DNA of 59,299 bases from Firmicutes bacterium UBA3576 (lineage in GTDB: Bacteria > Bacillota > Sulfobacillia > UBA3569): contig DFND01000096.1 in assembly GCA_002375895.1 (NCBI GenBank), positions 1-59,299 on the forward strand, read 5' to 3'. A model generated the notes under the pieces. That model worked only from the letters and a program-made list of their open reading frames with translations. It was not told where the DNA came from and searched no databases. This document shows positions 46,956-56,714 of the stretch, piece after piece. Each line of letters opens with the position of its first letter. Position 1 is the stretch's first letter. The translations under genes and the position numbers were made by a program.

Positions 46956-47593
46956 CGCGTCTCATCGAGGGTCGGAGGCCACGTTATCCGGTAGCCCGCC
47001 TCCCTGATATCCCCGGCTATCCTCCTCAGATCGATGGTCTGGAGCCTGAAGACCAGTTTCTTCTCCCCGGCCTCCTCGGCCGGCAGCGTGAGCACGCTCG
47101 AGATGTTGACGCCGTGCTTCCTGATCAGCTCTGCTATCTGGGCCAGCATCCCCGGCCGGTCCGGTACCTGTACCTCCAGGCGCGAACTGGACCTGTTCAC
47201 GCCCATGAGCTCCACCAGAGACCTGATGAGGTCGGTCTGGGTGACGATGCCCACCAGCTCGCCCCCCGAGACCACCGGCAGGCACCCTATCCGCCGCCGA
47301 TACATCACCAGCGCCGCCTCCTCGATGGGATCCAGGGGGTGGGCGGTGAAGACCCGCCTCCGCATCACCACCTCCACCGGGGTCCGCCGCTCGGCCCCCT
47401 CTCGGCAGTCCCGAATCACCAAGGACTGGGCCTCCTTGAGGTCTCCCTCGGAGACTATGCCCACCAGGGCTCCGCCCGCCAGGACCGGCAGGTGGCGGAT
47501 GCGCCTCTCCTCCATGATGGCCAGGGCGTCGCAGATATTGGTGCTGGGGGACACGGTCTCGACGTCCCTGGTCATGATATCCTCGACGAGCAA
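46952..47593 (-). CDS. acuB: Acetoin utilisation protein AcuB (CBS + ACT)
   Basis: CBS pair plus ACT (DRPGMLAQ), located between acuA and acuC. Confidence 0.92.
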   Translation of the reverse strand: MLVEDIMTRDVETVSPSTNICDALAIMEERRIRHLPVLAGGALVGIVSEGDLKEAQSLVIRDCREGAERRTPVEVVMRRRVFTAHPLDPIEEAALVMYRRRIGCLPVVSGGELVGIVTQTDLIRSLVELMGVNRSSSRLEVQVPDRPGMLAQIAELIRKHGVNISSVLTLPAEEAGEKKLVFRLQTIDLRRIAGDIREAGYRITWPPTLDETR

Positions 47594-47611
47594 GCACAGG
47601 TCACCCCCGTC

Positions 47612-48241
47612 TCAGACAGTCCGCCCACGGCCTCGGTGCCTCAGGCGCTCGAACTCCAGGAGGGCCTCTGGATGCACCCTGCTCCCCACCCTGACCATCA
47701 ACATATTAGCCGGGTGACAGACCACGTCCGGCTCGTCTGTGCTCATCTCGCGCATTCCCGCCCTGCCGAGCAGCCTCTTCAGAACGTCCTGGTACTCCCA
47801 GATGGAGAGCCCCGTGCCCTTGAGGTCCCAATGCCAGTAGAACTCCGTGGAGATGACTATGTAATCCTCGAAGAAGTCGTCGGCGAAGGACACCTCGAGG
47901 AGGGCCGAGGCCACCCCACAGCCCCGCCAGGCCGGAGAGACCTCCAGGGCGCCCATCTCGAGGATCTCCGAGATGCTCGCCTGGCTCCATCTCTCGATCT
48001 CGTCGGGCGGGTGAAAGGCGACGTACCCCACGATGGTCCGGCCGTCATGGGCGGCCACCACCCTCCCCAGCGGCATCTCCGCGACGGTCATGAGGGCGCC
48101 GTGCTGCCGCTTGGGGGGCCTGAAGCTCGTGAGCCCCTCGTCCAGGACCAGGCGGCGCATCTCCTCGGGCGGGATCGGCCCCTCTACCATCAGGTCGCCC
48201 TTGGGGGTGTGGAGGTCCTTCTGGACCCTCTGACCCTTCAT
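47612..48241 (-). CDS. acuA: Acetoin utilisation protein AcuA (GNAT acetyltransferase)
   Basis: FRPPKRQH, GYVAFHPPD, ILEMGALEV, STEFYWHWD, HPANMLMVRVG. Start ATG 48241 with GGAGG SD. Confidence 0.94.
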   Translation of the reverse strand: MKGQRVQKDLHTPKGDLMVEGPIPPEEMRRLVLDEGLTSFRPPKRQHGALMTVAEMPLGRVVAAHDGRTIVGYVAFHPPDEIERWSQASISEILEMGALEVSPAWRGCGVASALLEVSFADDFFEDYIVISTEFYWHWDLKGTGLSIWEYQDVLKRLLGRAGMREMSTDEPDVVCHPANMLMVRVGSRVHPEALLEFERLRHRGRGRTV

Positions 48242-48902
48242 GGATGAGGCCTCCGGAAGCTCGACATAGATACACGACGCAGTCCAACCCAGAATCCTCC
48301 TGCACAGTGACTTCGGCATGCGCGGGGAACACTCCTGCCAGGAGGTTTCGAAAGCGGGCGGACGGCGCGTGGGACCACAGGGTGAACAGTCCGCCCGGGG
48401 CCACGGCGTCCCTTATTAGCCTGAGGCCGTGGGGGGTGTAGAGCCGGGCGTTCGCCCCCCACACCGTCCATTCCGGCCCGTTGTCGACGTCCAGGGCCAC
48501 GAGATCGTACTGGGCGGGGGGGCTCTGGATGAACTCCAGGAAGTCGGCGCAGAAGACCCGTACCCGGTCGGACTCCAGGGCCCGCCCGTTCAAGCCCGCC
48601 AGGACCCCCCTGTTCCACTCGATTACGGCGGGCTCGATCTCCACCACGTCCACGAGCGCCTGGTATCGCAGCGCGGCCCTCACGGTTAACCCGAGCCCCA
48701 GGCCGCCTATGAGGAACCTGTAGGGGCCCGGGGTCCCGAGGTGCGGCACGGCCAGGTCCACCAAGGCGGCCTCACCCCGGCCGTTGGCCTCCGAGGACAT
48801 CAGGAACTGCCCGTTCATGATGATCTCAAAACAATCGCCCCGCCGGCAGAGGACCACCTCGCCGCGGGGCGTGTGCCTTCGCTCCACGACCTCTCGCATC
48901 AA
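48045..48902 (-). CDS. Spermidine-synthase-like SAM-dependent methyltransferase
   Basis: FEIIMNGQFLM, LIGGLGLG, VVEIE, ALDVDNGP. C-terminal ~65 aa overlap acuA and are low complexity. Confidence 0.8.
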   Translation of the reverse strand: MMREVVERRHTPRGEVVLCRRGDCFEIIMNGQFLMSSEANGRGEAALVDLAVPHLGTPGPYRFLIGGLGLGLTVRAALRYQALVDVVEIEPAVIEWNRGVLAGLNGRALESDRVRVFCADFLEFIQSPPAQYDLVALDVDNGPEWTVWGANARLYTPHGLRLIRDAVAPGGLFTLWSHAPSARFRNLLAGVFPAHAEVTVQEDSGLDCVVYLCRASGGLIHEGSEGPEGPPHPQGRPDGRGADPARGDAPPGPGRGAHELQAPQAAARRPHDRRGDAAGEGGGRP

Positions 48903-49501
48903 GCCGCTTCCTCCGGCCGCAGCAGCTCCTCGGCGTCCAACAGGAGCACGAACTTGTCGTCCACCTCCACCATCCCGATCAGGAAATCACCGCCCGTGAC
49001 CGAGCCCGGGTCCTGAATGGCCTCCGGGGCGATGAACTTCACGTCCGAGACGTCATCTACCAGTATGCCCACCCATCCCTCGCCGTGCTCCACGACGACG
49101 ATCCTCTCGGCCTGTTCCACGCTCCAGTTGTCGACAGCCAGCTTGCCCGACAGGTTGACCACAGGAGTGACCTCGCCCCGCAGGTTTATGATCCCCTCCA
49201 CGAAGGGCGGGGCCCCGGGCACGCGGGTGATCTCCCCGCAGGGGACTACCTCCCGCACTCGACCTACCTCGAGGCCGAAGAAGGAGTCCCCCAGACGGAA
49301 GAGGACGAACTTGTCGCCGACAGTGGCCCTCGTCCTGGCGACCCCCTCCGCCTTGCTCTCCTCCTGGCTCACGGCGGCAGGCGCCGCCTGCTGCGCAGCG
49401 GGCGCGGGCTCCTCCGTGGGGAAGAGGACGACGTCTTCAGATTCGTAGATCTGCTCCCCGAGGCCGCTCATGCTGGCTTTCTTCTTCTTCTTTTTCGTCA
49501 A
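48899..49501 (-). CDS. cheW: CheW-domain protein with a ~60-aa N-terminal extension
   Basis: VREVV...ITRVPGAPPFVEGIINLRGEVTPVVNL, GILVDDV; N-terminal K6 run and Pro/Ala-rich linker. Confidence 0.9.
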   Translation of the reverse strand: MTKKKKKKASMSGLGEQIYESEDVVLFPTEEPAPAAQQAAPAAVSQEESKAEGVARTRATVGDKFVLFRLGDSFFGLEVGRVREVVPCGEITRVPGAPPFVEGIINLRGEVTPVVNLSGKLAVDNWSVEQAERIVVVEHGEGWVGILVDDVSDVKFIAPEAIQDPGSVTGGDFLIGMVEVDDKFVLLLDAEELLRPEEAA

Positions 49502-50274
49502 CTGGCATCAACCTCCCTGGCCAAGGCCCTGTAGGCCTCCGCCCCCTCGAAGGAGGGCGCATAGGCCGTTATGGGCTGCCCCACCACCGGGGCCTCCTTG
49601 AATTTGACCGAACGCTTGACGACGTGGTCGTAAACGTGTAGCTTCCCCTGGAGGACCCTCCGGGTCTCCTCCAGCGCCTCCCGGCTGTGCAGCGTACGGG
49701 AGTCGAAGAGCGTAGGCAACACGCCGAGCACCTTGAGCTCGCCGTTCCAGGTGTTCTTCACCGATCGCAGGGCCGTGAGCAGCTGCCCCAGCCCCCGCAT
49801 CGACAGGTAGTCACAGGCCAGGGGGACGATGATCTCCGTCGCCGCCACGTAGGCGTTCATGGTCAGCACCCCCAGCGAGGGCGGGCAGTCCACGAGGATA
49901 TAATCGTAGCCGAGGCCGTCGCCGAGGGCCCTGGCCAGCCGGTCGTACCAGGGCACGCCCCGCGCGTGGAAGGCCGTCAGCAGCTCCACCTCGGCCGCCG
50001 CCAGGTCTATATTCGCCGGGATCAGGTCGACCCCGTGCTCGGTCACCTGGATGACGCCGCGAGCCGAACGGTTGCCCTTTATGACCTCGTAGATGGTCCG
50101 GCCGCGCAGGCTCTCGGGCTGGTAGCCGAAGTGAAGGGTCAGCGAACCCTGGGAGTCGAAGTCGACCAGCAGCACCTTACGGTCCAGCTCCGCCAGGGCC
50201 GCCCCGAGGTTGGCCACCGTCACCGTCTTCCCCACTCCACCCTTGGCGTTACTCACGGCTATGACCCGGGTCAT
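49498..50274 (-). CDS. ParA/Soj family ATPase
   Basis: AKGGVGKT (deviant Walker A), DFDSQG, VDCPPSLG, EAPVVG; translationally coupled to cheW. Confidence 0.93.
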   Translation of the reverse strand: MTRVIAVSNAKGGVGKTVTVANLGAALAELDRKVLLVDFDSQGSLTLHFGYQPESLRGRTIYEVIKGNRSARGVIQVTEHGVDLIPANIDLAAAEVELLTAFHARGVPWYDRLARALGDGLGYDYILVDCPPSLGVLTMNAYVAATEIIVPLACDYLSMRGLGQLLTALRSVKNTWNGELKVLGVLPTLFDSRTLHSREALEETRRVLQGKLHVYDHVVKRSVKFKEAPVVGQPITAYAPSFEGAEAYRALAREVDAS

Positions 50275-50364
50275 CTCGCACCTCCCGGTTATCTCTCAAT
50301 CTTACATCGATAGGATGGAACACCGCCTTTAGGGCGGCCTTTGACCGTCAGAAGACGGGGCACT

Positions 50365-51699
50365 TCATGGCGTCCGATGAGCTCTCTCTACGCCCGTCAT
50401 CCGGCGCACTACCTCCCAGCCAACCTCCAGGCCGAAGGCGAGGCTGGCCAGGGAGATGCGTTCGTTGACGCCGTGGACGGACCTCTCGTCGACGTCGGGC
50501 AGGGTGGGCACGAACCCGTAGACCGTGGTGCCCCTCGACCTCAGGTAACGAGCGTCGGTGGCGCCGGGGACGAGCAGGGGCACGAGCACGGAGCCGGGCC
50601 TCTTCTGCTCGAGCACCTCCCCTATGACCGCCGCGAGCTCCGTGTCCGCGGAGGACCAGTTGGGCTGCCCGCTGCGCACGACCTCCAGCTCGAGGTGCTC
50701 GAGAACCTCGGCCCCCAGGACCTCGCGGACCTCCCTGAGGACGTCCTCGGGGCCCTGCCCGGGCAGAAGCCGACAGTCGACGTCGGCCTCCGCGCCCGAG
50801 GGTATGACGTTGGTCTTAGAGCCCGCCCTCAGGACGGTGGGGCAGGCGGTGTTCCGGAGCATGGCCAGGAAGGTCAGCGCCTGGTACTCGTCGCCGGCCA
50901 GGGCCCGGGCCTGCCTCACCGGGTCGGAGAGATCCAGGTCCCGGCCGAGGCCCTCGGCGATCCCCCTCAGGAACCTCTCCGGGGTCTCGGTGAGATGGAC
51001 GGGCAGGGAGGAGCGCCCTAGACGAGCCACGGCCTCCGCCAGCCTCACCACGGCGTTCTCGCCATGGGGGACGGAGGCGTGACCGCCCACGCCCCTTGCC
51101 CTCAGCCGCAGCCAGCAGATGCCCTTCTCGGCCGTCTGGTAGGTGAAGAAGGTGCGTCCCCCGAGGACCATGCTGGCCCCGCCGCCCTCGTTGAGGCAGT
51201 ACTCGGCGTCAAGCTCCTCGGGGTGATTCTCCACCAGCCAACCCACCCCCAGCGAACCGCCCGCCTCCTCGTCGGCCGTCGCGGCGAAGATGATGTCCCT
51301 TTTGAGCCTCAGGCCCTCCTCCTTGGCCCGCAGGAGGACCGTGAGCCAGAGGGCCACCGCCCCCTTGCAGTCCAGCGCCCCGCGGCCCCAGACCTCGCCT
51401 TCCGCGAGCTCTCCCCCGAAGGGGTCTCGAGACCACTCCTCGGGCTCGGCCGGGACTACGTCCAGGTGTGAGAGGAGGAGAAGGGGCCTCGCCGACCCGT
51501 CCCCCCTGAGCCGGGCCACGATGCTGCCCCGCCCCGGCTCGGGCTCGTAGATGCGGTGCTCGATTCCCGCCCGGTCGAGGACGTCGGCGATGTACCGGCA
51601 GGCCGCCGTCTCACCGCCTGGGGGGTTGGTGGTGTCGATCCGGATCAGGTTCTGAAGGTGCTCCCGAAGTAAGTCAGTCCACTTGGTCACGGTCATCAT
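50365..51699 (-). CDS. M20/M25/M40 family metallopeptidase
   Basis: SHLDVVP, GRGALDCKG, ADEEAGG, GGHAS, GATDAR, HGVNE. Confidence 0.92.
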   Translation of the reverse strand: MMTVTKWTDLLREHLQNLIRIDTTNPPGGETAACRYIADVLDRAGIEHRIYEPEPGRGSIVARLRGDGSARPLLLLSHLDVVPAEPEEWSRDPFGGELAEGEVWGRGALDCKGAVALWLTVLLRAKEEGLRLKRDIIFAATADEEAGGSLGVGWLVENHPEELDAEYCLNEGGGASMVLGGRTFFTYQTAEKGICWLRLRARGVGGHASVPHGENAVVRLAEAVARLGRSSLPVHLTETPERFLRGIAEGLGRDLDLSDPVRQARALAGDEYQALTFLAMLRNTACPTVLRAGSKTNVIPSGAEADVDCRLLPGQGPEDVLREVREVLGAEVLEHLELEVVRSGQPNWSSADTELAAVIGEVLEQKRPGSVLVPLLVPGATDARYLRSRGTTVYGFVPTLPDVDERSVHGVNERISLASLAFGLEVGWEVVRRMTGVERAHRTP

Positions 51700-51853
51700 C
51701 CACTCCTTTCCTACGTCGGTTTTCTCCCGACGGGCGGGCCCTTCCTGCTCCAGGGAGGGGGAAAGGGCTCCTCCGGGACTCCGCAGGGAAACCGCCGCCG
51801 GTCGGAGAAGTTACCCTATGTTTTAACTTACGCAGAGAGGAGTGAGATCGGGG

Positions 51854-53227
51854 ATGAGAGAGATCCTGCAGAGGGCCCTGTCCCTGGACAGTAGCGAGGG
51901 CTACGCGGATATCCGCTACGAGGAGACGACCATCACCTCCGTCCGGTACAGCGGCAAGGAGCTCGTCGACATCGGCTCCTCGAGGGTGGTCGGCGGACAA
52001 GCGCGGGCCCTGATCGGCGGCGGCTGGGGCGCCATGTCCTTCAACGAGATCGAGCGCGCCGCAGAGTCCCTGGAGAGGGCCGCCCGGTCCGCGCGGGTGG
52101 TGGCCCGCCACGTCAAGGAGCCGGACAAGATGGCGCCAGTAGAGACCGTGGTGGACACGGTGAGGGTGAACCCCTCCGAGGACCCGAGGCTCGTGGACCT
52201 GGAGGAGAAGAGGCAGCTCATCTGGGAGTACAATCAGATCCTGCTGGGCTCCCCACACATCCAGTCGACCGACGTCTCCTACCTGGAGATCGCCAGCCGC
52301 AAGTACTTCGCCAATAACGAGGGGACCTTCATCGACCAGGAGCAGCTGCTGGTCTTCGCCCGGATAGGGGCCGTGGCCCGCCGGGGCGACCTGACCCAGC
52401 GGCGTTTCATCGCGCTCGGCGGCACCGATGACCTCGCGCTGCTGAGGGGCCGCGAGGAGGAGGTCGAGGCCGTCGCCCGTGAGGCTGGCGCACTGCTGGA
52501 CGCAGAGCCGGTCGAGGCCGGCAACTACACGGTGATCTTGGACCCCAGCTCGGCCGGCGTCTTCGTGCACGAGGCCTTCGGTCACCTGAGTGAGTCGGAC
52601 AACCTGGCCGATAACCCCCGTCTCAAGGAGACCATGAAGCTCGGGAGGCGGTTCGGCGGGCCGCACCTCAACATCGTGGATGACCCCTCCTTCTCAGGCC
52701 ACCCGGGCTCCTACGTCTACGACGACGAGGGGGTCAGGGGCCGCAAGACCTACCTGGTCCGCGAGGGGATACTGACGGGGCGGCTTCACTCCCGGCAGAC
52801 CGCCGGCAAGCTCGGCGAGGAGGTCACGGGCAACTGCCGGGCCAAGGACTTCACCCACCCCCCGATAGTCCGCATGTCCAACATCTTCATCGAGCCCGGC
52901 GACGCCTCCCTCGAGGAGATGATGGCCTCCATAGATGACGGCCTGCTGCTCATAGGGGCCGCGGGCGGCCAGACCTCGGGCGAGATGTTCACCTTCGGGG
53001 TGCAGTTGGGCTACCGCATAAAGAAAGGCAAGAGCGAAGCGATGGTCAGGGACATAGTGCTCTCCGGCAACCTCTTCACCACCTTGGCCAACATCTCCAT
53101 GGTCGGCGAGGAGCTGATCATGAACCGGGCCGGAGGATGCGGCAAGAAAGGCCAGATCATCTACGCCTCGGGGAGTGGCAGCCCCTACATTAAGATAGAC
53201 AGCCTCACCATTGGGGGGAGAAAGTGA
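51854..53227 (+). CDS. tldD: TldD family metalloprotease
   Basis: VFVHEAFGHLSE (HExxxH), DDEG, RMSN. Confidence 0.93.
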   Translation: MREILQRALSLDSSEGYADIRYEETTITSVRYSGKELVDIGSSRVVGGQARALIGGGWGAMSFNEIERAAESLERAARSARVVARHVKEPDKMAPVETVVDTVRVNPSEDPRLVDLEEKRQLIWEYNQILLGSPHIQSTDVSYLEIASRKYFANNEGTFIDQEQLLVFARIGAVARRGDLTQRRFIALGGTDDLALLRGREEEVEAVAREAGALLDAEPVEAGNYTVILDPSSAGVFVHEAFGHLSESDNLADNPRLKETMKLGRRFGGPHLNIVDDPSFSGHPGSYVYDDEGVRGRKTYLVREGILTGRLHSRQTAGKLGEEVTGNCRAKDFTHPPIVRMSNIFIEPGDASLEEMMASIDDGLLLIGAAGGQTSGEMFTFGVQLGYRIKKGKSEAMVRDIVLSGNLFTTLANISMVGEELIMNRAGGCGKKGQIIYASGSGSPYIKIDSLTIGGRK

Positions 53228-54549
53228 TGAGAGCTCTGTTGGATAAGGCCCTCGAACACGCCGAGAGCGCCGAGGTGTTCGTGAGCGAGGACGCCGTGAC
53301 CCCGGTCGAGTTCGTCAACGGCTCCCTCAAGGCGGTGACGGAGAAGGACGTCTACGGCTTGGCGCTGAGGCTGGTGGCCCAGGGGCGGCTCGGCATGGCC
53401 GCCTCCACCGCCTGGGAGCGGGGGGGACTGGTGGAGCGGGCCCTGCAGTCGGCCCGTTACGGGCAGCCGTGCCGGTTCTCCTTCCCCGACCGGAGCCCCC
53501 TGCCGGAGGTCAAGACCTACGACGAGAAGACCTCCTCTCTCCAGGTGGAGGATCTCATCGCGCGGGGCGAGGACATCCTGAGGAGGATCAGGGCCCTCGA
53601 CCCGGACATCAACTGCACCCTGGGGATCGAGAGACGCGTGCGCAAGATCAGCGTCGCCAACTCCGCGGGCCAGGAGGCCTCCTACTCGAGGACTAACTAC
53701 GCCGTCGGCATGTGGAGCCTCTCCCCCCAGGGGTTCATCGAGGTCCCCTTCTGGCGAGAGGAGGGGGCCGAGTTCAGCGTCACTGACGAGGACATCGAGG
53801 AGTTCGTCCGAAAGCACCGCCTGAGCCAGAGGCGAACCTCGGTGCCGACGGGAAGGTACCCCGTGATCTTCACCGCCGGCGCCGCCTGGGCCCTGCTGTT
53901 GAGGTTCTTCGCCGGCATATCCGGCGAGTCGGTGGCCAAGGGCACGTCCCCTCTGCTCGGCAAGGTCGACGAGCGGATCGTGGACGAGCGAATAACCCTG
54001 GTGGACGACCCCCTGCGCCCCCTCGGGCTCAGGAGCCTGGTCGTCGACGACGAGGGCGTCCCCGCCCAGAGGACGGTCCTAATCGACAGGGGACACCTCA
54101 AGGGGTTCCTCTTCGACCTCAGGACGGCGACCGAGACCGGCGCCGAGCCCACCGGCAACGGCTTCAGGCGGAACCTCTTCTCCGAGGGGGTAGAGGTAGA
54201 GCCCACCCCGCAGCCCAGCAACTTCGTGCTGGAGCCCGGCGACGTTTCCCTCCGGGATATGATCAAGGACATCAAGCGGGGGATAATCGTGGAGTCGGTC
54301 ATGGGGGGACACACGGGCAACCTGGTGGCCGGTGAGTTCTCGCTGCACATCGGGACGGGGTTCCTGGTGGAGAAGGGCGAGGTCACTGGGAAGGTCATGG
54401 ACGCCATGGTCGCCGGCAACGTCTACGAGGTCTTCAACCGGATCGAGGCCCTGGGCGACACCCTGGAGCCCACCCTGGCCATCTTCTACGGCTTCGGCTA
54501 CGCCCCGGCCATCTACTTCAAGGACCTGCCGGTAGCCGGCAGGGACTAA
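53224..54549 (+). CDS. pmbA: TldE/PmbA family protein
   Basis: Follows tldD; DDEGVP, TGNG, GEFSL; no HExxH. Confidence 0.9.
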   Translation: MMRALLDKALEHAESAEVFVSEDAVTPVEFVNGSLKAVTEKDVYGLALRLVAQGRLGMAASTAWERGGLVERALQSARYGQPCRFSFPDRSPLPEVKTYDEKTSSLQVEDLIARGEDILRRIRALDPDINCTLGIERRVRKISVANSAGQEASYSRTNYAVGMWSLSPQGFIEVPFWREEGAEFSVTDEDIEEFVRKHRLSQRRTSVPTGRYPVIFTAGAAWALLLRFFAGISGESVAKGTSPLLGKVDERIVDERITLVDDPLRPLGLRSLVVDDEGVPAQRTVLIDRGHLKGFLFDLRTATETGAEPTGNGFRRNLFSEGVEVEPTPQPSNFVLEPGDVSLRDMIKDIKRGIIVESVMGGHTGNLVAGEFSLHIGTGFLVEKGEVTGKVMDAMVAGNVYEVFNRIEALGDTLEPTLAIFYGFGYAPAIYFKDLPVAGRD

Positions 54550-54612
54550 CCCGACCGCCGGGCCGGGGAAAAGGACCGAGAGTGGGGATAATACGACTCA
54601 GGGGGGTAAAGG

Positions 54613-54765
54613 ATGCAGTTGCTGGCTTCGTTCCTCACGGGAGTGTTGTTAGGCGCCGTCTTCCGCCTCCTCGGGCTTCCCGTCCCCGCTCCGGAGGCGC
54701 TGGCAGGGGTGGTGGCCATCGGCGGGATCTGGGCCGGCGCGGCCCTGGTGAACCTCTTCAAGTAA
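54613..54765 (+). CDS. Small membrane protein, XapX/DUF1427-like (50 aa; absent from the ORF track)
   Basis: Manual translation MQLLASFLTGVLLGAVFRLLGLPVPAPEALAGVVAIGGIWAG...; LPVPAP is typical of the family. Confidence 0.82.
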   Translation: MQLLASFLTGVLLGAVFRLLGLPVPAPEALAGVVAIGGIWAGAALVNLFK

Positions 54766-54779
54766 AGGGGAGAACAGCC

Positions 54780-55763
54780 GTGGCGAGGCTTGTGCGAAGG
54801 CTCGAGGAGGCGACCCTGGGTGCCTTCAGGCTTCTGACGGCCCCGCCCGTGCCGCGGCACCTCGCCAGGGTGCCGCCGCGCAGGGGCCTCGGGTTGCCCC
54901 CGCGGGTGGTGATCGAGAAGGCGGAGCGGGACATGTCCGTCGAGGAGGCCGCCGCCCTCCTCGACGCCCTCCTCGGCACGGTCCTCGGGAGCGCCTATCG
55001 GAGCACCTTCAAGGACGCCGAGGTGCTGGTCAAGCCCAACTTCAACAGCGCACACCCGTACCCGGCCTCCACTGAGCTGCGGCTGCTGGCGGGCACCCTG
55101 GTCCTGCTCAAGGACCTGGGCGCCCGCCTCACCGTCGGGGAGAGCTCAGGCGCCCCCTGGTGGCCGACCCGACGGGTCCTGACCGACGCCGGCCTGCTGG
55201 ACGTCGCCGGGCAGCTGGAAGTCCCCGTGGTCATCTTCGAGGAGCAGGAGGAGTGGGTCTGGGTGGAGACGAGGGGCGACGTCCTCCCCGGGGTGGCCGT
55301 CGCCCGCGCGGCCTATGAGGCGGAGGTCCTCCTCTTCCTCTCCCTGCTGAAGACCCACCGCTACGCCGGATTCTCCCTGTCCCTGAAGTCGGCCTTCGGC
55401 CTGGTCCACCCGGGTCAACGCCGGCTCATCCACGCCTCACGGCTCCAGGAGAAGATCGGCCAGCTGGCCGCCGCCTGCCGGGCCGACCTGGTGATCGCGG
55501 ACGGGCGCGAGGCCTTCGTCACCGAGGGCCCGACCATGGGCGACGTGGCCCGACCGGGCCTCATCCTGGCCTCCTCGGACCAGGTGGCGTGTGATATGGA
55601 GGGGGTGGCGGTCCTCGGGCAGCATGGGGCACGGGCCCTCCTCGCCCGTAGGCCCGGTGAGCACGTGCAGATAAGGTGCGCCTCGCGGCTACTTCACCGG
55701 TCCGGGGACGAGTACGAGGTGCTGGGGCCGGCGGGAGCCCGCAAGATGGTTAGATTTCCCTGA
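54780..55763 (+). CDS. DUF362 domain protein (second copy)
   Basis: LVKPNFNSA, SLLKTH, FSLSLK, VIADG, DQVACD. Start GTG 54780 after an SD. Confidence 0.85.
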   Translation: MARLVRRLEEATLGAFRLLTAPPVPRHLARVPPRRGLGLPPRVVIEKAERDMSVEEAAALLDALLGTVLGSAYRSTFKDAEVLVKPNFNSAHPYPASTELRLLAGTLVLLKDLGARLTVGESSGAPWWPTRRVLTDAGLLDVAGQLEVPVVIFEEQEEWVWVETRGDVLPGVAVARAAYEAEVLLFLSLLKTHRYAGFSLSLKSAFGLVHPGQRRLIHASRLQEKIGQLAAACRADLVIADGREAFVTEGPTMGDVARPGLILASSDQVACDMEGVAVLGQHGARALLARRPGEHVQIRCASRLLHRSGDEYEVLGPAGARKMVRFP

Positions 55764-55771
55764 GGGGGGCT

Positions 55772-56677
55772 TCAGGAAGGAGCGCGCCCCGTGGTGGTGA
55801 CCAGGACCCCGGAGATGACCAGAGTGCCGCCCAGGAGGTGCACGACGGTCACCGGCTCACCCAGGAAGGCCGCCGAGAAGATCACCGCCGAGACGGGCAT
55901 CAGGTTGACGAACACCGCCGTCCTGCCGGCGCCTATGCGACGGACGCCCTCGTACCACCAGACGAAGGCCAGGACGGTCATGAACAGGGACATGTACAGC
56001 AAGGAGGCAACCGCGGCGAGGTCATACCGCCCCACCTCCCCCGCCAGGTACTCCCTCACGCCAAGGGGAAGCAGCCACAGGAACCCGAAGGCCGAGGCGT
56101 AGGCGGTGGTGGTGAGGGGCGAGTAGCGGGCCATGACGACCTTCCCCACCACGCTGTAGACCGCCCAGGAGAGGACCCCGCCCACCAGGAGCAGCCTCTC
56201 TGGCCGGAGGTCCAGCCGCGCGATGGCGCCGAGGTCGCCGCCGGAGATGATGGTGGCGACGCCCAGGAGGGACAGGAGCAGCCCCACGACGTGCCTGGCC
56301 CCGAACCTCTCGCCCAGGAACAGGGCCGAGAGCAGGCCCACCACGATGGGGTTCGCGGCGACGATGAGGGCGCTCTCCCCCGCACCGTTGAGCTTGACCC
56401 CGTAGATGAAGAACACGTTGTACAGGAAGGCGCCTGTGAAGCCCAGGAAGGCGAAGAGGAGCACGTCCCAGAGGTCACGCGGCCGGATACGTCCCTCGAC
56501 CCGGATGGCCCAGGGGATGAGGAACAGGCTCGACAGGAAGAACCTGAGGGCCGCGAGGGTCATCGGGGGGATCATCGACACGGCGGCCTTGGTGACGACG
56601 AAGCCGCCTCCCCAGATGGAGGTGGTGGCTATCAGCAAGAGGTATACGGTCAGGTTGGAACTTTGGCGCGCTTTCAT
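55772..56677 (-). CDS. EamA/DMT family transporter
   Basis: About 10 TMs; IWGGGF, SALIVAANP, LFLGERF, FVNLMPVSAV. Confidence 0.93.
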   Translation of the reverse strand: MKARQSSNLTVYLLLIATTSIWGGGFVVTKAAVSMIPPMTLAALRFFLSSLFLIPWAIRVEGRIRPRDLWDVLLFAFLGFTGAFLYNVFFIYGVKLNGAGESALIVAANPIVVGLLSALFLGERFGARHVVGLLLSLLGVATIISGGDLGAIARLDLRPERLLLVGGVLSWAVYSVVGKVVMARYSPLTTTAYASAFGFLWLLPLGVREYLAGEVGRYDLAAVASLLYMSLFMTVLAFVWWYEGVRRIGAGRTAVFVNLMPVSAVIFSAAFLGEPVTVVHLLGGTLVISGVLVTTTGRAPS

Positions 56678-56685
56678 GCCCGAGA

Positions 56686-56711
56686 ATTCGTCACCCGGCC
56701 CGCCTTTTCCT
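56686..56711 (-). promoter_or_regulatory. Possible sigma-H-type promoter of the DMT transporter
   Basis: Minus strand AGGA-N18-GAAT. Confidence 0.3.
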
Positions 56712-56714
56712 CCC

